From positions 20,880-84,879 of the IMG/VR virus record IMGVR_UViG_3300020445_000983: DNA of 64,000 nucleotides; one strand, given 5' to 3'. The position numbers were made by a program, and so were the translations under genes. The stretch comes from a virus. Below, one piece after another: positions 1-15,900 of the stretch (the first letter of the stretch is position 1; each line of letters starts with the position of its first letter). The notes below the pieces were generated by a model. It saw nothing but the letters and a program-made list of their open reading frames with translations. It did not search any database and was not told the DNA's origin.

Positions 1-3000
1 GCGTGATCTGTAGCATAATCATCTTTACCACAACTGAATGTGATAGATCCGTCTGCCATCTTGATCTTATCATTTGCCTTCTCAATACCATCTGTTGTAG
101 CAGATACGAATGTATGAGTTGTGGTATTAGAGATTGGACCTTGACCGAAGAAGTAACCTACATTGACATCAAATTCATCGGTACCATTCTGATTCATTAC
201 AGTCAACCACTTATTACTTGCAGGGTCGGTTGTACGTGGATAAGAATGATTACCACCTGCCTGTGTGCAAGTAAAGGTTAATCCATTATCAGCAATCTTA
301 ATCTTGTCACCATTAACGAATCCGTGGTTATTGGTTGTCTTAATAGTAAGAATACCAGTAGTAGGATTGTAAGAGGTACCTGTAGTTGCAGTCTTCTTAG
401 TAGTAGCACTGAATCCGTGACTTGGGATGGTGAGAGTCATCACACCAGTCTCAGGTCTGTAGATAGCGTTAGTTAATGTGTGTGAACTAGTTCCAACATT
501 AGTAATTCTTTGTCCTTTCTCGAAGGATGGGTCTCTCTTCTGCTTAACACAGTTAGTAGCAGCACCAACATAAGTGTGATTGTAAATACCACCACCCTTA
601 ATAGCTCCTCTACTAATACTATGAGCAACACCAGATTTGAATGTGTGTACTGTCTGGTTGGTAGAAGGAATAACATCTAGGACGTTAATATCAAATCCAC
701 TGGATGTTACGTTCTGAACCTTAATCCAGTTACCACTAACAGGGTCGTGTGCTCTAGGATATGTGTGATCAGTCTGATGACCATCCTGTGCACAAGTAAA
801 TGTAAGTGCATCGTTATCAATTCTAATATGATCTCCATTCTTAACCCAGTGGTTACCAACAGTCAGTGTCATAAATCCTGTTGTTGGATTGTACACTGCA
901 TTGGTTGGAGTCATCTTCTCATATCCAGGTTGGAATGTATGAGTATAACCAGCACCACCAGCTACAACTGCACCAGATACAGCACTCTGGAATACGTGAG
1001 TTGTTACGTTTGAAGAAGGTGCTTCCTTCAGTACATTAATAACAATCTGATTATTAGTAGGAACATCAACAATAGGAATTGATGTATCGTACATTGAGTC
1101 ACGCTTTTGCTTAATAGCGTTAGTTGCACCAGATATAAAGATGTGTGGAGTTGTATTAGACTGAGGTACAATCTTATTAACTACAACCTTAAAGGTGTCA
1201 GATGTTACATCAAATACCTGTATCCACTTACCTGCAAATGGGTCAGAAGGACGTGGATAAGTATGGTTTGTTTGATGATTATCTTGAGCACAAGTAAATG
1301 TTAATGCATTGTTATCAAACTTAACCCAGTCTCCATTACCCATTGCGTGAGCAGCAGATGTCTTAATCTGTAGTACACCTGTCTGTGGGTTATGGTAAGT
1401 ACCACCAGTGATTACTGCACCAGCATCAGCACTTGACCAAGTGTGAGTATAGTTACCACCAGTAATTACTGCACCAGCAGTTGCTGAAATAAAGTTGTGA
1501 GTTGTAAGGTCAGTAATAGGACCTTGACCACCGTTAACATTAATAGTAATTGTAGTATCAGTTGCTGCAATAATTGGTAGAGCAGTTCTGTATGCGTAGT
1601 CTTCACCATCTCCAGTAGCAGCACCAGAAGCACGTGGATAAGTCTTCTGAGTCTGATAGTTATTCAACTGATAGTCACAAGTGAATGTCAATGAATCATC
1701 AGCAAGTCTAATACTATCTCTGTTAGCAGTTAAAGTATGAGCACCAATAGTAAGTACTAAATTACCACCTTGAGGATCGTAAACTGCATTAGAAACGTTG
1801 TAACTTACAATAGGTGAAGTACCAACGAATACTGTTACTGTATTACCAGCCTTAGCAATAATTTCATACTCGTGACCGTAAGTTGGATCAGTAGAACGTG
1901 GATAAGACTTAATAGTACTATTACCATCCATCTCACAAGTAAACTTGATAGCCTCTTCATTAATTCTGATCCTATCTCCAATTGCTAAGGAGTTAGATCC
2001 AATATCAAGTACCAAGTTACCAGTTGTGGCATCATAAGAACCATCAGTAGGAGTGAAGGAAGTACCAACAACTGCAGTATGTGAATCCTCTAAGTTTCTA
2101 GGATATGAGTGATCTGAATTCTGTCCATCCTCATCACAACGGAATGTCAATGCATTAGGAAGTAACTTAATGCTATCAACTTCCTTCATAATACCGTTAG
2201 TGAGACCACTTACGAATGTATGGGCAGTAGTGTTAGTAGAAGGTATAGCAGGTAGAACTTGAACTTCAAAACTATTTGATAATACATTATGAACCTGCAT
2301 CCACTCACCGTGTACCCTATCTGTAGGTCTTGGGTAAGCGTGATTGGTTTGATGACTGTCCTTAGCACAAGTAAATGTTACTGCATAATCATCCATTTTA
2401 ATTCTGTCACCTGCAACCAAACCGTGTGTAACTGCAGTTTGAATCTTCATTACACCTGTAGTTGGGTCGTAAGTAGTGCCAGAAGATGCTGTAATTCTTG
2501 TACCACCAACTAAACCGTGTACACCACCAAGAGTAAGAGTCATATCACCCGTTGTAGGATCATATGCTGCATTAGTTACATCGTGTGAAACTGTAGGAGT
2601 TGACCCAACGTTCACAGTGATCGTACTATCAGTCTTAGCAATGATAGGTACTCTTGTGTTATGAACAGGATCAGTAGGACGTGGATATGAGTGTACACTA
2701 TAGTGATCATCCATTGAGCAAGTAAATGCTAAGGAATGATCTCCAATCCATACACTATCACCAACTTCCCAATCGTGAGCACCAATGGTCATTTCTAAGT
2801 AACCATTAGAGGGATTAAACGTAGCCGCTGACGGATCGAAAATTCTAGTAGGTGTTTTACCAACGAAGATATCGAATCCATTTGTACTTACATTCTGAAT
2901 CTGAATCCATCTGTCTGCGATAGGATCATCAGCACGAGGATAAGGATGGTTAGTAGCGTGACCGTCCATATCACAAGTAAATGTGATACATTCTTGGTTT

Positions 3001-6000
3001 AACTTAACCCAGTCACCTGTACCCATTCCGTGATTGGTAATGTTAAGACTTAATATACCTGTCTCACCATCATAAGAAGCACCAGTTGGTGTATGAGTTA
3101 ATAAAGCAGCACGAGGATAAGCGTGATCCGTTTGGTAGTTATCCATACCACAACGGAATACTAATGAATCAGGAGCAACTCTAATGTTGTCACCTTCATT
3201 TAACCAATGGTTACCAAGGGTTAACTGCATTACACCTGTGAGGGGAGTAAAGACTCCAGTGCTCGGAGTGTAATTTACTGTAGGAGTTGAACCAACGTTA
3301 ACAGTTACAGTACCTGTCTGTCTCTTAAGTCCATTAGCTGCGAATGCCTGATATGTATGTGTTCCTGTGTAAGAAGATATACCAACATCAACAGTGAATG
3401 TATTTGTATCAGCAGCTGCAACTTCTAACCATTCTCCAGAAGCAGGGTCAGTAGGACGAGGATATGTATGGTCACTACCGTAACTATCCTTAGCACATCT
3501 GAATGTTATAGCATTATCTTCGAATCTTACATAATCACCAGCAACAGTAATACCATTAGTGGTAGCACCATAGAATCTATGACTTGTAGTATTAGAAGAT
3601 GTACCAACATTAACTTCAAACTTATCTTGAGAAGCGTTAGTAACAACTAACCAGTTACCACTAGCAGGGTCTGATGCTCTTGGATATTGGTGATCGGTAG
3701 AGTACTGGTCTTGTGAACATCTGAATGTGATACCAGCATCTTGAATCTTAATACTTTGACCGTTCTGAAGACCGTGATTCTTAATGAAGATCTCCATTAC
3801 ACCACTAGTAGTGGTGAATCTTGCACCCTCAGGTGTCATATGAGACTTAGTTTTAAAGTCGTGTCCATTTAAGGTACAAACTAAGTGACCATTTGAAGGA
3901 TTATATGTTGCATCAGTTATACTATGCTGTGACTCAGATACATCTTTAATTACTAATGCTTCACCTGCAGATGGATCAGTAGCTCTAGGATAAGTATGCT
4001 CACTATTGTGATCATCCATATCACAGGTATAGATCAATGAATCATTTGCAATCTTGAGGGTGGTACCTTCCTTAAGATGGTGAGTACCAACAGTTAATGT
4101 TAAATCACCTGTAGCAGCATCATAAGTAGAATTTTGTACATTATAATGATTCTCTGGAGTAGTACCAACGTTGACAGTAACAGATCCGTTCTGTAGTTCT
4201 ACACCGTGATCAGCAGCACTAACAAATATATGATCATAATTACCACCAGTAATAACAGCACCTGGAGTTGCAGATACAAATGTATGCTGTGTCTCATTGG
4301 TAGATGGTATACGTCCTTCAGCAAGAACCTTAATACTAATAGTAGATAGTGTGGTACCGATTATTTCAAGAGGATAATCATATGCGATATCCTTCTTCCA
4401 AGTGATACCATTGGTAGATGATGAAACATATGTATGATCGTAGTTACCACCAGCCTTAATAGCACCAGAGGTAGCAGAAACAAATATATGTGGTGTGATA
4501 TTAGAAGCAATACCAACGTTAAGAGTTATTGTATTATCTTTTCTTATAATTCCGTTAGCTGTTCCAGAAACGAATGTATGAGCAGTTACGTTTGTGGAAG
4601 GAATGTTGTCTAGAACCTGAACTTGGAATGTTGTGTTAGTTACATTAGATACCTGTATCCACTCACCGTTAATTGGGTCAGAAAGACGAGGATAAGAATG
4701 ATTACCACCACCTTGAGTACAAGTAAAGGTTACTGAATCAGTTCTGAACTTGACGTAATCACCATCAACCATACCGTGATAACCACTGGTTGTAATGGAC
4801 ATAATACCTGTATTAGGATCATATGTTGTACCAGATACAGCAGTTAATGGAGTACCTTCATAAACAACATCAACTGATTGATCGAATGCTCTATCTTGCT
4901 TAGAACTTAATGAACCAGCAACAGCAGATACAAATGCGTGAGTATAGTCACCACCAGTCTGTACAGCGTTAGCAGTAGCAGAAACGAATGTATGAGCAGT
5001 AGTATTAGTAGAAGGAATCGAGTTAAGAACCTGTACACTGATTGTCGTTGCAGTTACAGCAGTGATTGGACAAGCAGTATCATAGAATGGGTCAGTAGCA
5101 CGAGGATATGTATGGTTAGTCTGATGATCGTCCTCTGCACAAGTGAATGTTAATCCGTTTGCAGCAAACTTAATGCTATCACCAATAATATGGTTATGAG
5201 CACCAATGGTCATCTCCATAATACCTGTAGTAGGATTATAGTTAATACCAGTTGGTTGATAGTTTACTATAGGTGAAGTACCTACATTTACATCAAATGT
5301 TGTAGAACCTACGTTAGAAATCTCAAGATACTTACCACTAACAGGGTCAGTAGATCTTGGATATGTCTTATTAGCTGTACCACCATCCATCGTACAAGTC
5401 ATTGTGATGGCACCATCAGCAAACTTGACGTAATCTCCTGCTAATAAGCTGTGAGCAGCAGTAGTTGTAACAGATAAGACACCAGTTGTTGCTGTATAGG
5501 AAGCAGTCTGAATATCGTGTGTATTAATCTGATTTCTAGGATATGGGTGTAGAGTCTGATGACTATCCTGATTACAAGTAAATGTTAATCCACCTTCCTC
5601 AATCTTAACGTTATCACCCTCTGTCAAATGGTGTGGTCCAATTGTAAGCTTCAATTCACCTGTTGTAGGCTCATAAGCAGCATCAGTTGGAGTAAATGGT
5701 ACTATAGGTGAAGTACCAACATTAACTTTAAACTGATCTGTACCCACCCAAGTAATTGGTAACCAAGCACCAGATGCAGGGTCAGATGATCTTGGATATG
5801 CGTGATCAGTTGCGTGACCATCCATAGCACAAGAGAAGGTCATTGAGTTATCAGCGAACTTAACGTGATCGCCTTTAACGAATGTGTGACCAGGTACCCA
5901 TACGGTCATTAGACCAGTAGCAGCATCATAGTCACCACCAGTAGCAGTATGTTGTGTTGTAGTAGTTCTAGGATAGGAGTGATTAGTTTGGTTATCGTCC

Positions 6001-6900
6001 TCTTCACAAGTAAATGTGACAGCGTTGGGTAGTAAACGAATCTTCGCTCCAGAATTTAAACTATGAGATCCTATAGTAAGAATCATAGTACCCGTAGTTG
6101 GGTTGTATGATGCATTACTTACTGCATAGTTAGAGATAGGAGTTGATCCTACGTCAATAGTAAATGAATTATGAGTTACATTAGTAGCAGTTAACCAAGT
6201 ACCAGATGCATCATCAGTTGATCTTGGATAAGAATGTAAGGTATAGTTACTATCCATACCACAACTGAATACAAGAGAATTATCAATAAGTCTTACTTTG
6301 TCACCATTAGCGAATCCGTGATCAGGAACAGTAACAGTCAAACGACCATTAACAGGATTATAATCAGCGTGAGTAGCTGTATGGGACGTAGCACCAATAC
6401 TTACAATATCTAATGCTTGTTGTGAAGCAGGGTCAGTTGCTCTTGGATAAGAGTGAATAGTACGATAGTTATCTTGTGAACATCTGTATAGTAATGAATG
6501 ATCTGAGATGTTTAGAGTTGTACCTGTTTTCAACTTATGGGATCCAACATCTAATGTTAGAAGACCTGTAGCAGGATCATAGGTAGAATTAGAAACACTG
6601 AATGGTACTGTTTCAGTAGGTCCAACGTTAACCTTGAAGTTATTAGCATCAATTACCTGTGTAACTGGTAGTATTGCTGTAGATGCAGGGTCACTAGCAC
6701 GAGGATATGCGTGAGTAGTTTGATGTTGGTCTTGACTACAAGTAAAGATTAATGAATTGGTAGCAATTCTAATAGTATCGTTAGTAGACAAGTTATGCTG
6801 AGGTACATTGATTATCAAATCACCTGTAGCAGGATCATAGGTAGCACCACTAGGAGTATACTGTACACTAGCAGTTTGTTGATCGATAGTAATTGTCTGA
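1..6900 (-). repeat. Protein-level tandem repeats, ~75-110 aa (YxPxTG...H...FxCxxD...HxYPRxxDP), about 22 copies
   Basis: YPR-encoding words near 232, 756, 1251, 1631, 1896, 2097, 2327, 2677, 2932, 3109, 3455, 3676, 3982, 4685, 5098, 5353, 5534, 5788, 5965, 6220, 6439 and 6697; copies are diverged at nucleotide level. Confidence 0.85.
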
Positions 6901-9900
6901 TCGTAATCAGCATCACCTTCTGTATAACCGTTCTTAGTAATAAGTAACTGTCTAACTACCTCAATAGCAATGTCTCTTGCTTGCTCAAAGATGTACTTAA
7001 CCTCTGCAGATTGACCAGATACGTGCTGTACAGCATTAGCATCGGTAACATAAAGTTCAGTTGCATATAAAGTCTTATTATTACCACCGTGCTTAAGGTT
7101 GAATGCCATTGCTTCAAGCATATCAACAACGTCATCAACACAAGACTGATAACCATATCCAGCAAATGCTAGTGAAGGATACTGTGAAACACCACGTCCA
7201 ACAGCAGTGGTAGCAATGAATCTTAGGTTATTAAGGATTTCATTACCAGCATCATAGAACTTGTTACCAGAAGCATTATCATAGTAATCAGGTCTGAATG
7301 TTTGCTGTCCTTGACCAGTTTGTCCCTCATCTTCGTAGGGTAGGAAACCAAATTTGTTCTTGACGGCGAGTTGTGACATATCTCTTGCTACCTTGAAGGC
7401 ATAGAGAGTCTCAGCAGATTGGTCAGTAACGTGCTTCAAACCAGCAGTAGTATTAAGGTACAATGCAGAAGCATCCCACATTGAACTGTTACCACCAAAA
7501 CGAAGGTCGTGAGCAATAGATTCGAGCAAATCTACTATGTCATCTTCACAATTATGCTTACCACCTTTAACTCTAAAGTTATAATGCTGGAATGCACTAA
7601 GTTTTGTGGTTAGATCAACTGCTTCACCAGCAATTGCACGAGCATTTGTAACAAGAAGATCAGCAGCATCTAGTGCTTTATCAGTACCAGTGTATGCTTT
7701 AGGATCTTTAACGATCTGATCATCACGATGAACTGCCTCATCAGACCACTGCATCTGATAATAATCAGAGAAATCAGCAGCAACATCAGCAGGGTTCTCG
7801 TTTCTAGAGATTAAGAGGTTACTAATTGCCTTTTCAGCCAACATTCTGGCAAACTCGATAGCATCGAGCATAGGAAGTAACTCATCTTCAACGTGATTGA
7901 TATTATCTTGATTATCAATATAGTAATCAATCTGAGCATTTGTCTGATTGTTACCACCAGTTAGCAAGTCACCAGAAATAGCAGGTAAAATATGATCCCT
8001 AAGGTCTCTTACACACTTATTTCTATCAGGGATTTGTAGCTTCTGATCCTGACTGAATCCAACAGTAATGTTATATTTGTTTTCGATATGGTAAACTGCT
8101 TCATCAGCAATTACCTTTCTGTTAAAGTATATTAAATCAGCACCATCTCTGAATCTTTGTCCTGTAGGACCGAGAAGATCTAATAGATCAGAAATCAGAT
8201 TATTAATAAAATCTTGTACAGGTTGTGATGCAGGAGTTGCGAAGTAGTTAGGAACACGTACTCTAGTCGAATATGTACCACTTAGAGTAGTCTCATCCTG
8301 TGTAATAACATCAATACAGAGTTTTGCAACCTCACCCCAAGTGTAAATTGATTGTAGAACTTCACCATTAATATGCTGTAGAGCACCAGATCCTGTTAGA
8401 TATGCTCTTGCCTGTACAACAGTGTTATAGTTACCACCATCAATAAGGTCTTGAATAATAGCAGGAATAATATACTCTCTAGTATCACGTAAACATACGT
8501 TAGTACCATAATTAGATTGTCCACCATCACCAGGGATGATAAAGTCTGGATATCTAACCTTCAGACGACCAACTGCTTCTTCAGCAATCCAGTCACGGTT
8601 CTTATAGATGATATCGGCACAATCTCTATATTCTGCTCTACCTAAGTCAACACCCTCACATTGTAATTCTTGTTCGAATAGTTCAACGTAATCAACGTCT
8701 GCACTAGAAATAGTAGTAGCAACCCAGTTAGCATAGATAGCACCAACTTCTAAAGGCATTGGTGCGTCACCAAGAAGTGCCCAAGAGATAGTATTATCAT
8801 TAGTAGGATAAACTACGGGGGCATTAAAGGTTCCAGAGTACTGGGCGATTCCTTTGCGGATAATGATACTATCAATGTTACCTGCGAAAGTATCACCAGC
8901 ATTCCAAGAAGAACCTATTCTAATAGTACTATCAGTGTAATTATTAGTATCAGTGTAGTTAGCACCAACCTGAACACCACCAACGAACAGTTTAGTTACG
9001 CTGGAGGAACGAGATAGTGCAAAATGATACCAAGTATCAGCAGCACCTATTTGAGCAGAACTGATTTGATCGGTTCCTGCAATAGCAAGCTTGATACTAG
9101 TACCAGAAAGTAAAACTTGTACCTTGGTATCAGAAGTAGATCCACGAAGATCTATTAAAGTCTGAGTACCAGCAATTGTTGAAGGTCTAAACCAACCTTC
9201 AATTGTATAATCACCTGTACCAAAAGCGACCTTATCACTTGATGGATATAGTAAATTGGTAGCAGTTCCACTAAATGCTAGTGATCCAGTACCAGTTCTA
9301 AAGATTAATGAGTCTGCTACAACGTTAGAGTTGGTAATCTTAGAGTTAGTGATGTATTCATCAGCTTGGAAGACACCAGTAACATCCTTAGAGTAGATCC
9401 ACTTGTTACCAGCATTAGATCCAATAACATCGAATGATGCACCAGATGTTACACCCTTAACGTTATCTTCAAATACGAAGAATCCACCAGATGACTTACC
9501 CTTATAAGCGTGCTTAGTACAACGAATTGTCTCTTCTTGGAACGCATAAGGAGGTTCAACACGAGATACATTACCAATAGACCACTGATAAGTAGCAGGA
9601 TCAGCGAATGTAGGATCTTGTAGAGTATCTGTAATTATGTTAATGAAACCTGTAATTGCAGATGACTGGTTCATACATCCATTTACATATCCAGTCTTAG
9701 CAGTAGATGGAACAGTATTTGTATAAGCAGCTTCAAATGTTGCAACGGTTCCAGGAGATGCAGTAGTACCAAGTCCAGCGATAATAATATCGCACAAAGT
9801 ACCAATAGTTGATGCTACACCGTTACAAACAGGTGATCCAGTATCAACAGTGATTCCACTATCAGTTACCTGAACCCAACCGTGTGAAGCATCTGCTTTA

Positions 9901-12900
9901 GCAACAGCAACGTTCTTCATAATATCGAGTGCCATAGCCTTCGCTTTAGTGTAAGCGTCAACCATAGTATCAATATCACCAGTTACAGTACCGTACTGTA
10001 CAATCCTATGACCAGCTTCATAGATGAAGTTATTACCACCGTGAGCAGTGTTATATGCTAATGCTTCAATAACATCTACTATGTCACTTAAACAATGAAC
10101 ATCACCACCAGTTACTGTATAACCTGGGTTCTGCTGCTTGGCATAGTATAAAGATTCGTGAGCAATATACCACTTGTTAGCAAGAAGTAAAGATCTAGCA
10201 TCAGCGTGACTATTATCTACAGGATCATACTCATTAGTAACAGTAGGATCTCTATATTGCTGTATTCCAGTGTATAGTGCAGTATGTACTTCATTACGGA
10301 TACACTTAATCATTAGATCACGTGCAGCATTCATTGTATAGACAACTTGAGGTACTTCACCATCAATATGGTAAATTACTCCACTTTGAACATACTTGTA
10401 TGCAGTATCCCAAACTTCAGAGTTACCATCGTACTCTAACTGCCAAGCAATAACATTACAGATATCAACGATGTCATCGTGGCAATCTTTGTCGTGGTTT
10501 AGACCAGGAACGGTAAATGAAGGATAGTAATTCTTCATAATACCTACTGCTTCCTCAGCAATGAATAAAGCATTCTTACGTAGAAGAACAGCAGCATCAT
10601 AGGAACGGTTATCGTGTACCGTTCTCATTGAAGAGTTAGCAAAGTAAAGCTTCTTATTTCTAATTGAGTCGCCAATAACGAACTGGGAACCCTGTAAGTT
10701 CTTATATCTGATTTCTTGGTTCCTTACTTCCTCAAAGTCAAGGAAATCTTGGTTATTTGCTGTATCACTGTATAGTTCAGTTGGATTAACAACAGTTTCA
10801 GAGATATTATCAAGAATCTTATTAGGGAAGGTAATTGAAGGTACTCTCTGGAATACTAGACCAAAGAAGAATGATGGAGGTGATAAGTCAACAGTATCAA
10901 TGATTTGCTGTGTATTATCATCTTGATAAGGTGCAATAGTAGTAATTCTTGCACATATCTTAGAACGTGCAGAATATACAATGTCATTGAACTTAAGATC
11001 AAACTCACCAGTTTCAAACTCAGAAGTACCAGATGTACGAGAAACAACTAAGTCAGTAGTTACAGTACCATCTATTAGGTTAGTTTCTTCAATAACTGCG
11101 AAATCAGGGACAGTATCAAGGTTTGTGATTGTTTCACCCTGTTCAAAGATAGTATTGCTAGTAAGTGGAGTTACAGAAGCTAAAACACCATCAAAACCAG
11201 TTGCAGAAGATAAAACATTGTCATTTGTCAAGAATGAACCTGATATATCAACAACATCAATAGAATCTACAAGTGAGTCAATTACAATAGCTGTACCTTC
11301 ATTCTGAAGACTACGTACAATCTTACCTGCAGGAGGGAAGATACCACTAGTAGAACTAAAGGTAAAACGAGTAATATTAATCTGACTGAATCCTATTTCA
11401 CGGAATTTGATCCTAGAAGGTGCTTTAGGTGGTTCATCAAATACAATACTAGGTCCAGAAGTAGTAAATGATACTCCAGGAGACTGTGCAATACCATTAA
11501 TCAGAATCATCATCTGATCATCAGTTGCTGTGATTGATTCACCCTCAACAGTTAGAGGGAACTGGGTTTTAATTCCATCAAAGTCATCAGAGATATTATC
11601 AAGTTTCTTAACGATAGAAGTTAAGATTTCCTCTGAGTTAGTCAGTCTCTTCTGTCTGAACAGTACCTCAGTATTGTTGAACTGAGTGTATATTGGTTGT
11701 GCGTTAGCAAAAGAGGTAATCTTATTAATATTAGTTGCACTAAAGATATTAACTTCCTTAACTAGGTCAGAAACGACCTTTCTTCCTGAAATATCCTTAC
11801 CACCAGTAAGTGCTAGTTCACCAAACATATTGAAACCAACTGGGTGGTTAGTTTCAAGGATTGACTTCCTCCAACTATTAATAGGTGTCTGAGACTTAAT
11901 AACGTAAGAGAAGTTCTGATAGAAGTAAGAGTCTTGGATCTTCTGTACAATTTCAGATGGTTTACCAACGTCATCGATAAATTGACCAGTAGTTGTTGTT
12001 AAAGCATCAATATTCAGTGTACCCTTAGCGATTGATAGATTATCAATCAAACCAGATGCACGAGATACCTCACCAGTTACCCTCTCACCAATAGTCCAAT
12101 TACCTGTATAGTTCTCAAGTTTAAGAATTCTAGGTCCAATCTGCCATCCTTGGTTCTCAGAAACATATCCTACAGCAGATGCAGTTTCAATAAAACTTCC
12201 TTGATAAACCTTTTCACCTTGTAAGAAACGAGAAGTTTCTACAACAGCTGTTGCTTTACCACCGAATACCTCGGTTAGTAGTACCTGTCTACCATCACCC
12301 TGTGTTAAGAAGGTAATGAAGCTACCAGATTCAGCATCAACAGGGGTTAGTGCGATCCTTAACTGGTCTGGTTCAAGTGAATTTGCCTCACCAGCGATAG
12401 CATAATAAGTAGTGTTCTCACTTAAACTGATCAAACCTGCAGAAGCTGGTTTTGGTAGGATACCAATTGTAGATCCAAGGTCTTCTGCACGTAAATTAAC
12501 AGCAGCACCGTTTGTGATACCGTGTGGGAAGTTAAACTGTAAATATCCTAAGTCAATGTTAACAACGTAGTTAAATTCTGATTTAAGGGTAACTATTGGT
12601 TCAGAACTGTATCCTGAGCCTGGTTCCTTAACTTGAATCTCAGAAAGACGATTATTCTTAACAATCGCTAATGCTTCAGCACCTATACCTCCACCACCTT
12701 CAATTACAACACGAGGAACGCTAGTATATCCAGAACCTGGGTCAGTTATTTTAATTTCTGTTAGAATAGCGGTATTAAATAACTGAAGGTTCACAGGGAA
12801 AGTTATTTCAGGTCTCAACGTATAGTCGTGAGAGTACCCGAAACCAAATTCGTTGTTCTTCAGTTTCTTAATCTTACCAATGCTTAGACCTTGTAAGAAT

Positions 12901-15900
12901 ACAGATGCACCTGATCCTTCAGCAGGAATGATAACATCTAATACTCCACCAGAACCTTGTAGTAAACTACCTAATATTCCAGGAATACCATCAATATCTA
13001 CAGATGCAAAGGTATATCCCTTACCAGCAGATATAAGTTCTACTCCAGTAATAACACCTTCTAGGTCACCATCATCAGCAACTGTGATGTTACATAGAGC
13101 ACCTTCACCGTCTCCATCGATAGGAACGTTGAAATAGGTACCATTTACATACTCAGTACCACCAGAAGTTATCTTAATCTTCTCAATTTCTCTGTTTGAA
13201 GCAATATCAGTAACAATTGGTAGTTTCTGATAGAATCCACCTGGGTTTACCAGTTTAATAGATGAAATAGGACCAACTGCCTTAACAGAAGTGGTAGAGT
13301 ATGATGATCTTGGAATACCAACCTCAGTGTTACCTAATGGTGCAGTTGTATTCTCTGGCTCACGAAGTAATGGGAATTTAAACTCCTTATCGTCTGGTAT
13401 ACTAGAAATTGTAAATATACCCTTATATGGAGTCTGAACAACGTCAATAAAGGAATCTATACCAACTGGATTATCATTAGCACTTGTTCTTGAAGGGTCA
13501 AAGTAGTAAGAAATATTAGTTACAGCGTCTGTAACCAAGAATTTAACCAATGGAGTAGGTGAACTCTCATCAGTCATACCTGGTGTACCTTCTCTAATGA
13601 TGTTTGTGAATGGATATTCTAGTTTATACTGATTATCCTTAGAGAAACTCAAGAAATATCCTGCGTTTGAAGTGTCATCAAGGTCAAATACGTACTGATG
13701 ACCTCTTACAAAGAGTAATTTAGGATGTTTTGCGTAAATATTGACACTAGCAATCACACCTTGACTGAATACAGGGTCTTGAATCGCTGTAGATCTCAAT
13801 CTATAGGTAAATTGCCTTGAATTGAACAGTTCTTCAACAAAGAATGAACCATTATACTCATTTGTGGAGAATCCTTCGACAAATATGATCTCATTTGTTT
13901 CAAAATTGTTCTTAGTAGTAGCATTAGCAAATACTAAGTCGGTATATGTTAGTGCACCTGTAGGAATAATGTCCTTATCAAGGTTAGCAGTCAGTTTAAA
14001 CTCTTTAACACCAACTAAATTACCAAATGTTGCTATATTTCCTGTCGCATCAACACTAAATGTTAGACCAACAGCATCAGCATCGATGATATCACCCTTG
14101 ATATAGGAAGAATCTTCATAAATCTCCTCAATCTTGATGATATAGTCAGATCCAGAGAAGGTTTTCCACCTAGCAAACTGATCTAATGTACCACCACTAT
14201 AGGAAGTATTGACTAAATCAACATCAAATGATCCAGCAACTCTGGTATATACCCAGTTTACGGTACCATCAGAGACAGTTCCTACATTATGTACAGGAGC
14301 AGTAGCACCAGAAGTACCAGCACTAGATGCTGTATAGATCTTTCCAGCGTTATATACTTCATCACTGACAGCATATACAGTATTTGTAGTCCACTGAGGA
14401 ATAGTGGTTGTTACTGTAAAGTCATATGCAATGACATTGATGTCATTTCCAGTAGATTTAATTAGTTTTGCAGTATCAAATGTACCAACAATATTACCAA
14501 TCTTACAATTATTAGTTCCAGCTTCAACAATGGTACCGTATGCACTAATAACATCAGCTCCACCAATTACAGAATATTGTTGTAATCTATCACCTTTAGT
14601 GAAGGTAGCATTCTGATTGAATGTAATAGTCTTAACAGCGTCAATAGTAGTATACTTGGCATCTCTTAGGTAGAACTTAGGAATAACTGTTGTTGACATC
14701 AACAGTTTCTTACCATTTGGAGTAGGAATGGTTGCTGTTCTAGTAGCATAAGGTTCATCAGTAGAAGTGAACGTATATGAACCTTCAACGTTGTTTGAGA
14801 TAACATCAGCATAATCAAGGATCTGAATACCAGCAGGACCCAATACCCAATCATTTGATGTGGTAGCAAGGGTATTAAAGGTGAAATCGTTGATGGCAGC
14901 GGCGTTTGTTACCTGAATACCTGTCTCTACGTCATTGAGAGTAAAGGTTCCAAGTTTTGTCTGATCCTTATCAATCTTGTAAGTAAATGCGTGAGTAATC
15001 TTTGTGCTACCAACTGCCTGAGCAGGAGTGAAGTTAGCATCATATTTGGTGACAGTAGATATTGAAAGGTTATCTAACCATCCACCAACAGATGTTGTTG
15101 TAGCAGGAGTCTCTAAACCAAGAACAATTGCTTTCTTAATAGCAGTGTTAACTGTTGTACTGGTATGAGAAATCTCTTCGTTACCGTTAATATACACTTT
15201 ATAAGTGTAATTACCAACACCAATGTTCTGCTTAACGTATGCTACGTGTACAAATGCTTCTGCAGCAAATCTAGTCCAGTTAGTAGTTGTAGTGGAGAAA
15301 TATGTACCTGATCCAACATCTATACTTAACTTTCCAAAGTTAGGACTTGTAGAATCACCATCTACAGACAATACAGTTGCATCACCAGTATTAGGTGTAA
15401 TTTTGAATAGAGTTGGTTTGGAAGACTGTGCATTGTACTGTGACTGTCCAATAGCAATATATCCTTCAATTGTCCAATCTGTACCTTGATCAGCAGCCCA
15501 ATCAATCTCTAAAGCGTTGGCAGCAGCAGTTGTTGTAACTGAACTGTTACCAAACTTGGGTTTTGCATTATCAATTGCTTCACCTGTACCTTTCCAAGCA
15601 ATAGTTGAAATATCGTTATATGTGTCATCACCACTAACATCTGTATCAAAGTTTAGGATTGCAATCTCATTTGCTTCTACTTTGTTACCAACAACTATAG
15701 TATCAGCAGAACTATCATTAGTAATAGCAATAGGATGGAATCCAATACCAGAAGTCTCCTTAACAGAAGCTGCTGTTATAACATTATCGGTATTCCAAGA
15801 AACCTTCCAAGAAATAATACGGTTATCATTGAATGCATATCTAACATAAGCACCAACATCAATGTTACCAAAGATGTCAAATTTAACTCCAGTAGATTGA

